A stretch of DNA of 64,000 nt from a bacterium (GTDB lineage Bacteria; Actinomycetota; Acidimicrobiia; Spongiisociales; UBA5794), in NCBI GenBank assembly GCA_024228555.1, contig JAAETI010000355.1, forward strand, positions 3,602 through 67,601, read 5' to 3'. Each line of letters begins with the position of its first letter. Positions within the stretch are counted from its first letter, which is position 1. Under the pieces are notes generated by a model. It was not told where the DNA came from. It searched no databases and was given only the letters and a program-made list of their open reading frames with translations. The position numbers and the translations under genes were made by a program. Of the stretch, positions 10,048 to 19,800 are shown piece after piece.

Positions 10048-10722
10048 CTAGGCCGGCTTGGTGCCGGCGCTGTTGCTGAGGAGCTGAATCGTGTCCGCGT
10101 GTATTCGTTCTTTGATCGTGGCGAGGGTGTTGCGATCCTTGCCGCCATGTTGGGCTGCGATCGAGATCGCGGTTGGCAGCACCTCATCAGCGGACACCGC
10201 TTCGTTGACAACGCCCAACTGCTTTGCCTCGTCGCCGCCGATTCGCTTGCCGGTGACCATCAGCTGGTGAGCGGAAGTCATCGACATGCGGGTCGTGATG
10301 AGCGCATTCATGCCTGGGGTGAAAGGGATCTTGATGTCAACTTCCGGCAGGCACAAGAACCCGCGGTCGGAACGCATCACCCTGAAGTCGTGACACAGAG
10401 CCAGCATCGCTCCTGCCGCAAACGTATGGCCGTTGCAGGCTGCCACCGTGATGTATGGAGCGGCGAGCACCCTGGCGAGGAACCTCTCCACACCTGCGAC
10501 AAAGGCAGGCATATCGACTCCCGAACCCATGAGCCACTCCAGGTCCAAGCCATTGGAGAAGAACTTATCCTGACCGGTGGTGACCAGCGCCACCGGATCT
10601 GGCGCTTGATCGATCTGGTCCAAAGCGGCGTTCATTCCGTCAAGCCAGCCCTGGTTCATCCGGTTTTCCTCGTCGTCCATGGTGAGGACGAACACGTTGT
10701 CGCTGCGGTCGAGTGTGACCAA
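10048..10722 (-). CDS. Enoyl-CoA hydratase/isomerase family protein
   Basis: KFFSNGLDL, AACNGHTFAAG, HDFRVM..DRGFLCLPEVD. Confidence 0.92.
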   Translation of the reverse strand: MVTLDRSDNVFVLTMDDEENRMNQGWLDGMNAALDQIDQAPDPVALVTTGQDKFFSNGLDLEWLMGSGVDMPAFVAGVERFLARVLAAPYITVAACNGHTFAAGAMLALCHDFRVMRSDRGFLCLPEVDIKIPFTPGMNALITTRMSMTSAHQLMVTGKRIGGDEAKQLGVVNEAVSADEVLPTAISIAAQHGGKDRNTLATIKERIHADTIQLLSNSAGTKPA

Positions 10723-10783
10723 TCTGATACCTCCACGGTGCCGCCAGTACGGTAGCGAAACTGGTGACCGCTATCGTCAACCC

Positions 10784-11134
10784 ATGATTGGATCGACTGC
10801 AGACGTGAGCCTTGTAGTGGCCGACGACGATACGGCCGTTGCGTACCGCTCGGGGGATGTACCGGTGCTGGCAACCCCTCGGGTCGTCGCCCTTGCCGAG
10901 CAGGCCGCGGTTGCGGCGATCGAGGTCGAGCCCAGCCAGACCACCGTCGGGATCTACATCGACATCCACCATCTGAAGGCGACCTCGGTCGGGGGAGCCG
11001 TCACCGCCGGGGCGACTGTCGTTGCTATGGAAGGCCGCAAGATTAGTTTCGAGTTCACCGTGACTGAGGGCGAGGCAACGGTTGCCCACGGCACCCACAC
11101 CAGGGTTGTCGTCGATCGAGACCGATTCGCATAG
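10784..11134 (+). CDS. Hot-dog thioesterase (FlK-like)
   Basis: SGDVPVLATP..VALAE.AA, TTVG..IDIHHLKATSVG, G.H.RVVVD..RF. Confidence 0.88.
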   Translation: MIGSTADVSLVVADDDTAVAYRSGDVPVLATPRVVALAEQAAVAAIEVEPSQTTVGIYIDIHHLKATSVGGAVTAGATVVAMEGRKISFEFTVTEGEATVAHGTHTRVVVDRDRFA

Positions 11135-11161
11135 TCGTCGGGGAATACTTCCGGCTGGGGC

Positions 11162-13216
11162 ATGACTGCAGCTAGTATCGAACACATGTTCGCATCAATC
11201 CCCGAAGTGCCCGGTTGGCTCGAAGGTCTCAACGATGAGCAGAGGATGGCCGTCCTCCATGACGATGGTCCGCTGCTTGTCATCGCAGGCGCCGGCAGTG
11301 GCAAGACCAGGACTCTGGCCAGCCGCGTCGCCCGCCTCATCGACGACGGTGTATCACCGGATCGGATACTGCTGCTGACGTTCACACGGCGCGCTTCAGC
11401 CGAGATGCTGCGCCGCGCCGGAGGCTTTGTAGACCAGCAGGCCACCGGTCGCGTTTGGGGTGGGACCTTTCACTCGATTGCCAATCGCCTGCTCCGTAGC
11501 CATGCGGCCGCGGTGGGGTTGAACGACGGATTCACAGTTCTTGACCAGAGCGACTCGTCGGGTCTGTTCGGGCTGCTGCGGGCAGAGTCCGGTTTCGCCG
11601 AGGGTAAGACGCGGTTCCCCCGCAAGGAAACGATCTCTGCCATCTACTCGCGGGCGGTGAATGCCCAAGAGAAGTTGACCACCGTTCTCGACGAGAGGTT
11701 CCCCTGGTGTCGTGATAATGACGACGAACTCAAGGAGATCTTCCGTCTCTACACCGCACGCAAGCGGAAGCACAATGTGGTCGATTTCGATGACCTCTTG
11801 CTGTACTGGCGGGCACTACTCGAAGCCTCACAAGGGGGTTCCATCAGGGGTCTCTTCGACCATGTTCTTGTGGACGAGTATCAAGACACCAACAAGATCC
11901 AGGCGGACATTCTGCGGTTGCTGTGTGGCGAGCGTGGCAACGTAACGGCGGTCGGGGACGATGCCCAAGCGATCTACTCATTCCGGGCTGCATCGGTTGT
12001 CAACATGGTTGAGTTCCCCGAGACATTCCCTTCGACAACTGTCGTGAAGCTCGAACAGAACTATCGCTCAACCCCTGAGATCCTGGCTGCTGCCAACGCC
12101 GTTATCGCTCAGGCCACGGACACGTTTCCCAAGACGCTGTGGTCGGGTCGTGCGGCGGGACCGCGCCCCGACCTGGTCACCTGTACTGACGAGGCAGCGC
12201 AGGCCGATTGGGTGTGTGATCGTGTCTTGGAGATGAGGGAGTTGGGTGTTCCCCTCCAAGATCAGGCGGTGTTGTTCCGCACCGGGCACCACAGCGATGG
12301 TCTCGAGATCGAGCTCAGCCGACGCAAGATTCCCTACATGAAGTTTGGTGGGCTGCGGTTCCTCGAAGCCGCCCACGTCAAAGACCTGATGTCGATGTTG
12401 CGCATCCTCGACAATCCGCGCGATGAGCTGGCGTGGCACAGGGTGCTCCAGCTGATCCCCGGAATCGGCCCTTCGACAGCTCGCCGCATCATGGCCGACC
12501 TAACCGAGTCGAACGAGGCCCCGGTTCGGCAATTCTGCGAGACATCGTTTCCGGTTGTTGCTGAAGCCAGACCGTTCCTGGTCGAACTTCAGGATGCGAT
12601 GGGCGATTGCACTGCGGAAGGGCTCGATCCAGGCGCCCAGATCGAGCGGCTGACTCCGTTTGCCAAGGCCGTCATCGAGCGCAGCTATGACGATGCCGCC
12701 GTCAGGGTGGGTGACTTGGCGCAGCTCCGTGATATCGCAAGCAGCTACAGCGATCGAACCCGCTTTCTAGCCGAGGTCACCCTCGATCCGCCACATTCAA
12801 CGACAGAGGTTGGCCCTCCCCATCTGGACGACGACTACCTGATCCTCAGCACGGTCCACTCTGCAAAGGGTGGCGAGTGGCCGGTTGTGCATGTGATCCA
12901 TGCCGCCGATGGCAACATTCCCTCCGATATGGCGCTCAACGAGCCGGGCGGTGTCGACGAGGAACGGCGGCTGCTGTATGTCGCGCTGACGCGGGCCAAG
13001 GATCATCTGTCCGTATCGTTCCCGCAACGCTTCTATCACCGGCGTTTCGGTGGTGACAGCCGGCATAGTTATGCGGTCCCGAGCCGCTTCCTCACTCCTG
13101 TGGTCGAACACTTTGAGCCGGTCGTTGCCGGGGTACCGGAAGAAGAGGGCGGTGCAAAATCGTCAGTCGCCGGCAAAGACACGGTGGCTGCCGTGCTCGA
13201 GTCCCTCTGGGAATAG
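11162..13216 (+). CDS. UvrD/Rep-family ATP-dependent helicase
   Basis: AGAGSGKT, LLTFTRRA, GTFHS, LVDEYQDTN, VGDDAQAIYSFR, LEQNYRS, STVHSAKGGEW, EERRLLYVALTRA. Confidence 0.95.
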   Translation: MTAASIEHMFASIPEVPGWLEGLNDEQRMAVLHDDGPLLVIAGAGSGKTRTLASRVARLIDDGVSPDRILLLTFTRRASAEMLRRAGGFVDQQATGRVWGGTFHSIANRLLRSHAAAVGLNDGFTVLDQSDSSGLFGLLRAESGFAEGKTRFPRKETISAIYSRAVNAQEKLTTVLDERFPWCRDNDDELKEIFRLYTARKRKHNVVDFDDLLLYWRALLEASQGGSIRGLFDHVLVDEYQDTNKIQADILRLLCGERGNVTAVGDDAQAIYSFRAASVVNMVEFPETFPSTTVVKLEQNYRSTPEILAAANAVIAQATDTFPKTLWSGRAAGPRPDLVTCTDEAAQADWVCDRVLEMRELGVPLQDQAVLFRTGHHSDGLEIELSRRKIPYMKFGGLRFLEAAHVKDLMSMLRILDNPRDELAWHRVLQLIPGIGPSTARRIMADLTESNEAPVRQFCETSFPVVAEARPFLVELQDAMGDCTAEGLDPGAQIERLTPFAKAVIERSYDDAAVRVGDLAQLRDIASSYSDRTRFLAEVTLDPPHSTTEVGPPHLDDDYLILSTVHSAKGGEWPVVHVIHAADGNIPSDMALNEPGGVDEERRLLYVALTRAKDHLSVSFPQRFYHRRFGGDSRHSYAVPSRFLTPVVEHFEPVVAGVPEEEGGAKSSVAGKDTVAAVLESLWE

Positions 13217-13241
13217 GGGAACTCGCCTTTGGCGAGTTCCC
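13217..13241 (+). terminator. Hairpin immediately after helicase stop
   Basis: gggaactcgcc-ttt-ggcgagttccc perfect 11-bp stem. Confidence 0.6.
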
Positions 13242-13364
13242 TGGAGTCCACAGAGCGAACTCCAGGGGGCGCCGGGGCTGAACCGATCCGCTTCTTGCGT
13301 ATCTGGTGCCGCAAATGCGACGGTGGGTTCAGGTGGTGAGCGCGACGGGTGGGGTATCGGTGGT

Positions 13365-14246
13365 CTAGACGGGGACTATCTGGCTGAGCCAGGCTTCGAC
13401 AATCGAGACGAATAGCTCTGGGTCTTCCAGCTGGGGCGTGTGGCCCATGTTTTCGATCATTGTGAATCGCCAATCGGGCCGCTCTTTGGCCGCCCACCGG
13501 GCAGAAGCCGGATGGACTACCCGATCGTCCGTGCCGTGGATCATCAGCGTCGGCTGGCTGACTCGGTGGATCTTGCGTCGGAACCGCCGTGTCGACGCCA
13601 ACTCCACCGCAATGGACCGAGCTGCCTCGGTGAAAGCCCCGATGCTCCACTCCATCTCCCTACGGGCCCGCGCCATCTCGATTGCTGCGGCTCGTTGTAT
13701 CGGATCGATCTCCGTCCCTGGGCTCAGCACCAGGCGCAACGTGTCGTCCACTTCGTCCTCGGGAGTGCGCTCGTGGTAGTAGTAGCGGGCGGCGCTGTTG
13801 CCGAACAGCGGCATGAGCGGAAGGACGAGACGCTGGCTGTCACGCGAGATAGACCTCATCGATACGACCGGGAGAGCCGGGTTTACCAAGATGAGACGTT
13901 CAACCAGGTCGGGCCGGTCGATTGCGGCCAGAATCGAAACGAGACCACCCATTGAGTTGCCGACCAACGTCACGGTTTGGTCGGTCATGGTCTCGGCAAA
14001 CTCGATCAGCAGCTCGGCATTGCGTTGCACAGAAGCACTGCGGCCATGCGGCGGTGTGAACCCGAATCCGATCAGGTCGATGGCGAGCACCCGATGCGTC
14101 TTGCCGAGCAACTCGACTACGGGATCCCACGAGAGGTACGAAGCACCGATACCGTGGACCAGGATCAGGACGGGCCCGTCAACACCTGTCTCTTGATAGT
14201 GGGTTGGCCCATCAACGTCGATGAAATGCGACTGCATGGCTGCCAA
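13365..14246 (-). CDS. Alpha/beta fold hydrolase
   Basis: LVHGIG, DLIGFG, GNSMGG, HGTDDRVV, GHTPQLE. Confidence 0.92.
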   Translation of the reverse strand: MAAMQSHFIDVDGPTHYQETGVDGPVLILVHGIGASYLSWDPVVELLGKTHRVLAIDLIGFGFTPPHGRSASVQRNAELLIEFAETMTDQTVTLVGNSMGGLVSILAAIDRPDLVERLILVNPALPVVSMRSISRDSQRLVLPLMPLFGNSAARYYYHERTPEDEVDDTLRLVLSPGTEIDPIQRAAAIEMARARREMEWSIGAFTEAARSIAVELASTRRFRRKIHRVSQPTLMIHGTDDRVVHPASARWAAKERPDWRFTMIENMGHTPQLEDPELFVSIVEAWLSQIVPV

Positions 14247-14251
14247 TGTAG

Positions 14252-15148
14252 TCAGCTTGCCCTGCTGCGAGACGGGCTAAGACGATTCGACCGGCCTTCG
14301 GTTGCCACTGCTACCAACGCAATCAGGACCAGAGCGAACCCGACCCAGGCCAGCGGCGGTGGTCGTTCTCCGACTGCGACGACGCCGAGCAGTGCTGCGG
14401 TGACAGGTTCACCGAGGCTGAGGGTCGTAGCGGTGGTGGACTTGGTTGATCGCAACCCGGCTGCAAAGAGCAGGTAAGCGGCCGCCGTAGCCAGCACCCC
14501 GAGATGGAGCACTGTGAGTGTGCCCGCGGTCGTAGCAACCCAGCCAAGATCGTCGACCGCTAGCAGCGGCAGCAGCAGCGCTGCCGCGATCGAAAAAATG
14601 ATCGCAGTCGAGCCGACAACGTTGCCGTCTCTGGCGAACTGACGGGCCGCGATGACGTAGGTGGCGTATGCAGCTCCGGCGACGAGTGCGAACACAATCC
14701 CTTCTGCGCTGGCCGCGGCGTCACTGCCTGCTGCGACCAAGATTGCCACGCCGGCGATGGCAACGCCTGTCGCCGTCACCCAAAGCCGCGACGGTGCCGT
14801 CTTGTCATACCCCCACGCCAGCAGTCCCGCAAACACAGGGGCGCTGCCGATGGCAACGATGGTTCCGACGACGACGCCCGTTCGATCGACCCCCAGAAAG
14901 AAGAACGGTTGGTAGGTGGCGACACCGATTGCCGCGACCAGGGTTGCGGGCCGCCGCATCTTGCTCAGGTTGTGCAACTCGCCGGCAACTCCGGCGATCA
15001 GCATGACCACAACTGCAGCCAGCAACAGCCGGAGGGATCCGACCGCAAGCGGGGTGGCGGCCTCCGGAGCCAGCTCTTGAGCCGTACCGGTGGTTCCCCA
15101 TAAGATGGTGGCGAGAACGATGAGCAGTGGTCCGGGGAGGCGTCGCAT
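14252..15148 (-). CDS. EamA/DMT-family transporter
   Basis: ~10 hydrophobic segments, LWGTTGTAQ, GSAP, LSLGEPVTAALLG; start at MRRLPG chosen by inspection. Confidence 0.9.
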   Translation of the reverse strand: MRRLPGPLLIVLATILWGTTGTAQELAPEAATPLAVGSLRLLLAAVVVMLIAGVAGELHNLSKMRRPATLVAAIGVATYQPFFFLGVDRTGVVVGTIVAIGSAPVFAGLLAWGYDKTAPSRLWVTATGVAIAGVAILVAAGSDAAASAEGIVFALVAGAAYATYVIAARQFARDGNVVGSTAIIFSIAAALLLPLLAVDDLGWVATTAGTLTVLHLGVLATAAAYLLFAAGLRSTKSTTATTLSLGEPVTAALLGVVAVGERPPPLAWVGFALVLIALVAVATEGRSNRLSPSRSRAS

Positions 15149-15211
15149 GGCGCTAGCTTCGCAGAGATCCGGCATCGACCGTGATTCCCTCTCTCCGAGT
15201 AGAGGAGGCTG

Positions 15212-16138
15212 ATGGGTGCCCACACAGTGACCGAAGCGACGTTCGCCGCTCGTGACGGCTGTTTGCTGTCGGGGACGATCGTGGTACCGGATCGTGAGGG
15301 ACCTCATCCGGCTGCGCTGCTGCTCAGCGGGTCTGGTCCACTCGACCGAGACTCCAACATGGAGGGCCAGATCCTCGGTATCTCGTGGGCTGTTGCTGAG
15401 ATGCTGGCCGATGCCGGGATCGCATCGCTGCGATACGATAAACGTGGTGTCGGTAGGTCGGAGGGTGATTACTTCGAAACCGGATTCGAAACCGAAACGT
15501 CAGACGCCTTCTCGGCACGGCAGTTTCTGTGCGGAGCTACCGCTGTGGATTCGGCACGGGTCGGAACCATCGGCCATTCGGTCGGAGCGACCATTGCGCT
15601 GCGCAAGGCAGCAGTCGACCCCAGTGTTGCTTTCACCGTCCTTCTTGCTGTGGCCAGTTCTCCCGGCCGGGAGGTCGTGGAGTGGCAAAGCGGCAGAATC
15701 GCAGCCAGCCTGCCTGGACCTGATTGGTTGTTGGGTCGCTGGTTCCGGAGTCGCCAGCAACGGGACCGAGAACGGTTGCTGGCCTCAACCGAGGACGTCA
15801 TTTGGCTGCGCCGCCAGAGGACTCCTGCCAAGTGGTTGCGCGAGTACATGGCACATGACCCAGGGCTCGAGCTTGCCGCGATACGTACACCCGTCCTTGC
15901 GGTCACCGGAGCCAAAGACCTGCAGATCGATCCGGCTGAGCTGGCCGTCATCGGTGATCAGGTGCAAGGACCTTGCCAGACGGAGTCGCCCCACGACTTG
16001 ACGCACGTTCTTCGCAGCGAACCGGGCAAGCCCAAGCTGTCGGATTACCCCGATCTAATCGTCAGGCCTGTCGACGCTGAACTGTTGCAGTTGCTCACAG
16101 CCTGGATCAGGGCCACGATTGGAGCACCAAACGGCTAG
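15212..16138 (+). CDS. Alpha/beta hydrolase (aminopeptidase S33-like)
   Basis: SGSGPLDRD, LRYDKRGVG.S, GHSVG, G.KDLQI, LTHVL. Confidence 0.88.
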   Translation: MGAHTVTEATFAARDGCLLSGTIVVPDREGPHPAALLLSGSGPLDRDSNMEGQILGISWAVAEMLADAGIASLRYDKRGVGRSEGDYFETGFETETSDAFSARQFLCGATAVDSARVGTIGHSVGATIALRKAAVDPSVAFTVLLAVASSPGREVVEWQSGRIAASLPGPDWLLGRWFRSRQQRDRERLLASTEDVIWLRRQRTPAKWLREYMAHDPGLELAAIRTPVLAVTGAKDLQIDPAELAVIGDQVQGPCQTESPHDLTHVLRSEPGKPKLSDYPDLIVRPVDAELLQLLTAWIRATIGAPNG

Positions 16139-17661
16139 GCAGTTTCGTCCTGCTCGACCCCAGCCATCATCAATCCGACCTCTTCACGAGTGGCGGTCCT
16201 GGGATCAACGATGCCCATTACCTGCCCTTCGTACATGACCGCAACTCGATCGGAAACACCGAAGACCTCATCGAGATCCTCTGAGATCATCAGGATCGCA
16301 GTGTCCTCATCACGTTGTTTGATCAGTCGGGTATGGATGTACTCGGCAGCGCCGATATCGACACCGCGCGTCGGCTGGGCGGCGACCAACACCTCCGGCG
16401 TCCCCGATAGCTCGCGGGCGATGATCATCTTCTGGATATTGCCGCCAGATAGATTGCGCGCCGGTGTATCGAGCGTGGGGGTCTTCACCGTGTACTCGTC
16501 AACCAACTGCCGGGAGTGCTTCTTGATCGCACCGAAGTCAAACAACCCGTGGTTGAGATAGTGCTCGTCATTGTGATCAATCAGCAGGATGTTCTCCGAC
16601 ACAGTGAAATCGCCGATCGCCCCGTCCTTCATGCGCTTCTCGGGAACGTAGGCAAGGCCGGTTGTACGTACCTGCTTCGGGGTCATGCCGACCACCTCGG
16701 TTCCTGCGATTTCGATGGAGCCTGCGCTCGGTGCGCGTAGGCCTGCGATCGCTTCGGCGAGCAACATCTGGCCGTTGCCGGATACGCCGGCAACACCGAG
16801 AATCTCGCCAGCATGAACATCGAGATCTAGATCGCGGACACCATCGCCCCCGCGATCGCGGGCAACACGGAGGCCACGGATCTTGAGTGCGACATTGCCA
16901 GGCTTGGCCTCGGTCTTGTCGGGTGCCAGTTTGACCGCCCTCCCGACCATCATCTGGGCGAGGCTCTCCCTGGTGGCACCTTCGACGGGAACGCTACCGG
17001 TGACCTTGCCGTGACGGAGGACGGTGATTCTGGTGCTGAGCGCCAGCACCTCGTGAAGCTTGTGAGAAATGAAGATGAGGCCACAGCCGTCATCTTTGAG
17101 CTGACGCAACGTCACAAACAGCTGATCGACCTCTTGGGGGGTGAGCACTGCAGTCGGCTCATCAAGGATCAGCAGCTTGGCTTCGCGATAGAGCGCCTTG
17201 ATTATCTCAACACGCTGTTGCTCGCCAACGGCCATCTGCCAGATCGGCGCAGACGGGTCGACATGGAGCCCGTACGTTTCGCCGAGTTCGACGATCCGCT
17301 CCGAAACTGCGTCGAGATCGGTGAGTACACCACGGCTTGACTTGAGACCAAGCGCCACATTCTCAGCAACAGTCAGCGGTGGCACCAGCATGAAATGCTG
17401 GTGGATCATTCCGATCCCGTGGGTAATGGCATCGGTTGGGTTCTTGATGCTCAGAGGCTCGCCGTGGAGGCGAACTTCGCCCTCGTCTGCCTCGTAGAGG
17501 CCATAGAGGATCTTCATCAGGGTGCTCTTGCCTGCGCCATTTTCCCCGAGAAGCGTGTGCACCTCTCCAGGGAATACGTCAAAGTCGACATTGTCGCTGG
17601 CGAGCACCCCGGGGAACCGTTTGGTGATGCCGCGCATCTCGAGCATCGGGGTTCCAGTCAC
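16135..17661 (-). CDS. ABC transporter ATP-binding protein (nucleoside/sugar type, two ATPase domains)
   Basis: GENGAGKST, LDEPT, LSGGNIQK, QPTRGVD, ISEDLDE. Confidence 0.95.
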   Translation of the reverse strand: MTGTPMLEMRGITKRFPGVLASDNVDFDVFPGEVHTLLGENGAGKSTLMKILYGLYEADEGEVRLHGEPLSIKNPTDAITHGIGMIHQHFMLVPPLTVAENVALGLKSSRGVLTDLDAVSERIVELGETYGLHVDPSAPIWQMAVGEQQRVEIIKALYREAKLLILDEPTAVLTPQEVDQLFVTLRQLKDDGCGLIFISHKLHEVLALSTRITVLRHGKVTGSVPVEGATRESLAQMMVGRAVKLAPDKTEAKPGNVALKIRGLRVARDRGGDGVRDLDLDVHAGEILGVAGVSGNGQMLLAEAIAGLRAPSAGSIEIAGTEVVGMTPKQVRTTGLAYVPEKRMKDGAIGDFTVSENILLIDHNDEHYLNHGLFDFGAIKKHSRQLVDEYTVKTPTLDTPARNLSGGNIQKMIIARELSGTPEVLVAAQPTRGVDIGAAEYIHTRLIKQRDEDTAILMISEDLDEVFGVSDRVAVMYEGQVMGIVDPRTATREEVGLMMAGVEQDETA

Positions 17662-17682
17662 CTCTATTGCCTTTCTCGTCTT

Positions 17683-17713
17683 GAGGTGGGAGGGCCCATG
17701 GCCCTCCCACCTC
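17683..17713 (-). terminator. Intra-operonic hairpin after the BMP gene
   Basis: gaggtgggagggcc-cat-ggccctcccacctc perfect 14-bp stem. Confidence 0.65.
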
Positions 17714-17735
17714 GGAGTTACTTGCTAGTCGGGGC

Positions 17736-18827
17736 TCAGCTTCCGGTGGAGATGGAACCGTCGATGATGCCGGCGATAGTCGCATCGGCCTTGGCGACTA
17801 CGTCGGCGGGTACCTCGTAGCCGGGGTTGTACTCGATTACCTCGCCACCGTTGGCAAGGTCAATGACGAATACCTCGCCACCCAGGGTTCCAGCTTGGAC
17901 CTGTGCGACGATTTGGCTGATGACAACCTCCCAGTGATAGACCTGGGAAGCGACGACGATCTCAGGTGCGAGCTGGGCCTGGTTGGCCTGGGTCCCGAAC
18001 CAAAGGATGCCGTTCTCGGCGGCGACGCCGACGGCGCCGACGACCATCTGAGCGCTACCGGTGAGCACGTCAGCGCCCGCGGTTGCGTGAGCTTGTGCCG
18101 TCTCGGAGGCAAGGGCCACATCGCTGAACGAGCCTGTGTAGACGATCTTGACATCGGCGCCAGGATTCTCGCCGAGGACGCCTGCGGCAAAGCCATCGAC
18201 GTATAGCTTGGCATCGCCAACCTCAACCGGTCCAACAACACCAACGGTGTCGCTCTCGCTCAGAGCGGCGGCGAGCACGCCCATGACATAGCCACCTTCA
18301 TCGGATGCGGCTTCGTATGCGTACACATTTGGCAGGCCAAAGGTGTCGGCAGCGGTGCCCCATGCGAACGACACGTCAGGGAAGTCCGGTGCGATTTCAA
18401 CGAGCGATCCGCCGTACTGCGAACCGTGGGCGATGACGAGGTCATAGCCCTGGTCTGCGTAGTCACGGATTGCCGAGGCAGCATCTTCAACGATGAAGGT
18501 GCCGTCAGTGATGGCGATCTCCATATCAACGCTGCCACTGACCACATTCACTGCGTCAACCATTGACTGGGTGAACGCAAGGTCATTCTGAGCCGAAGGA
18601 GCGATGACGGCGACGCGGAACGCTTCGGCCGGTGCTTCGGTTGTGTCCGAAGGCGCTTCGGTTGTCTCCGAAGGTGCTTCGGTTGTCTCTGAAGGTGCTT
18701 CGGTTGTCTCACCGGAAGCCACCGTTGTTTCAGTCGTTTCGTCGTCGTCGCCGCCACTGAGCGCAACGACGAGTATCGCTACGATCGCCACGACTCCGAG
18801 GCCGATCCATAGATATCTCTTTTCCAT
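17736..18827 (-). CDS. BMP-family ABC substrate-binding protein, TM-anchored
   Basis: D.AFTQSM, IRDYADQGYDLVIAHGSQY, EGGYVMG..AA, GSFSDV; N-terminal hydrophobic anchor and T/E-rich linker. Confidence 0.92.
   Translation of the reverse strand: MEKRYLWIGLGVVAIVAILVVALSGGDDDETTETTVASGETTEAPSETTEAPSETTEAPSDTTEAPAEAFRVAVIAPSAQNDLAFTQSMVDAVNVVSGSVDMEIAITDGTFIVEDAASAIRDYADQGYDLVIAHGSQYGGSLVEIAPDFPDVSFAWGTAADTFGLPNVYAYEAASDEGGYVMGVLAAALSESDTVGVVGPVEVGDAKLYVDGFAAGVLGENPGADVKIVYTGSFSDVALASETAQAHATAGADVLTGSAQMVVGAVGVAAENGILWFGTQANQAQLAPEIVVASQVYHWEVVISQIVAQVQAGTLGGEVFVIDLANGGEVIEYNPGYEVPADVVAKADATIAGIIDGSISTGS
18631..18714 (-). repeat. 4 x 21-bp in-frame tandem repeat encoding (E/D)TTEAPS-like linker
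   Basis: ggtgcttcggttgtctccgaa-like units start at 18631, 18652, 18673, 18694. Confidence 0.9.
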
Positions 18828-18867
18828 TATTTGAGTTTCCTCCTTGTATTTCCCGCAAAGCGGAAAT

Positions 18868-19800
18868 CTATCTTCCTCGTTCGAATGGCTTGGTGAGGGC
18901 GGCAGGCGGTTTGAATCGCTGCGCCACGATCACCAGAGCCAAGATCGTCACAATTGCTGGCGCCATCGCGGCGATGTCCGACCAGCTTCTCGGGATGATG
19001 CCCAGTGTTTTGAGCTGCAACACGATTGAGTTTACGAAACCGTAGAGCAAGGCACCACCCATGACCCCGAGGGGACGCCACGCCCCGAAGTAGACCAGAG
19101 CGATGGCGATGAACCCTGCCGCGTTGGTCAGGTTCTGCTGGAAGATCTTCAGGTCGATTGCTAGTGCGGCGCCTGCTACACCGGCAAGCAAACCACCGAT
19201 GATGAGCGTTGCGTAGCGGACCTTCGTGACGCTGACACCGAGGCTGTCGGCCGCCTCCGGGTTCTCGCCAACGGCCCGGATCTTCATTCCGAAGTTGGTC
19301 CGGTTGATGATGAACATGCTGAGCGGCACCGCAGCAAACGCGATGTATACAACCGCGCTGTGCCGGAACAGCATCTCGCCGATGATCGGTATGTCAGACA
19401 GCACGGGGATGTTGATCTTGGGGAAGGCCTTGATTGGCAGCGGGGTACCTACCCATTTCTGGAACAGCAGGTCGCTGAAGCCCAAACCAAACAGGTAGAT
19501 CCCGATACCGCTAATGCCTTGCTCCGCCTTGAGCGTGACCGACATCACGGCAGTAATCAGCCCGAAGACGACGCCGATGGCGACGCCCACCAACAGACCT
19601 AGCCACACGTTGTCCGTCTTGAGCACCGCGTAGTAGCCGCCAAAGGCGCCAAGCAACATCACTCCGTCAACGCCAAGGTTGAGAACACCGCTGCGCTGGC
19701 CAAACATCTCGCCGAGCGACGCAAAAAGCAGCGGAACGGCTAGTCGGATGCCACCAGCGACGGTTGCGATCAGCACCGCTTCTGTGAAGAAGTCACTCAT
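18868..19800 (-). CDS. ABC transporter permease
   Basis: PLLFASLGE..QRSGVLNLGVDG, GMKIRAVGENPEAADSLGV, GFIAIALVYFGAWRP. Confidence 0.93.
   Translation of the reverse strand: MSDFFTEAVLIATVAGGIRLAVPLLFASLGEMFGQRSGVLNLGVDGVMLLGAFGGYYAVLKTDNVWLGLLVGVAIGVVFGLITAVMSVTLKAEQGISGIGIYLFGLGFSDLLFQKWVGTPLPIKAFPKINIPVLSDIPIIGEMLFRHSAVVYIAFAAVPLSMFIINRTNFGMKIRAVGENPEAADSLGVSVTKVRYATLIIGGLLAGVAGAALAIDLKIFQQNLTNAAGFIAIALVYFGAWRPLGVMGGALLYGFVNSIVLQLKTLGIIPRSWSDIAAMAPAIVTILALVIVAQRFKPPAALTKPFERGR

Noticed and set aside
18631-18714. Short tandem repeats as a CRISPR array
   Set aside because: Contiguous in-frame coding repeats without spacers; no cas genes
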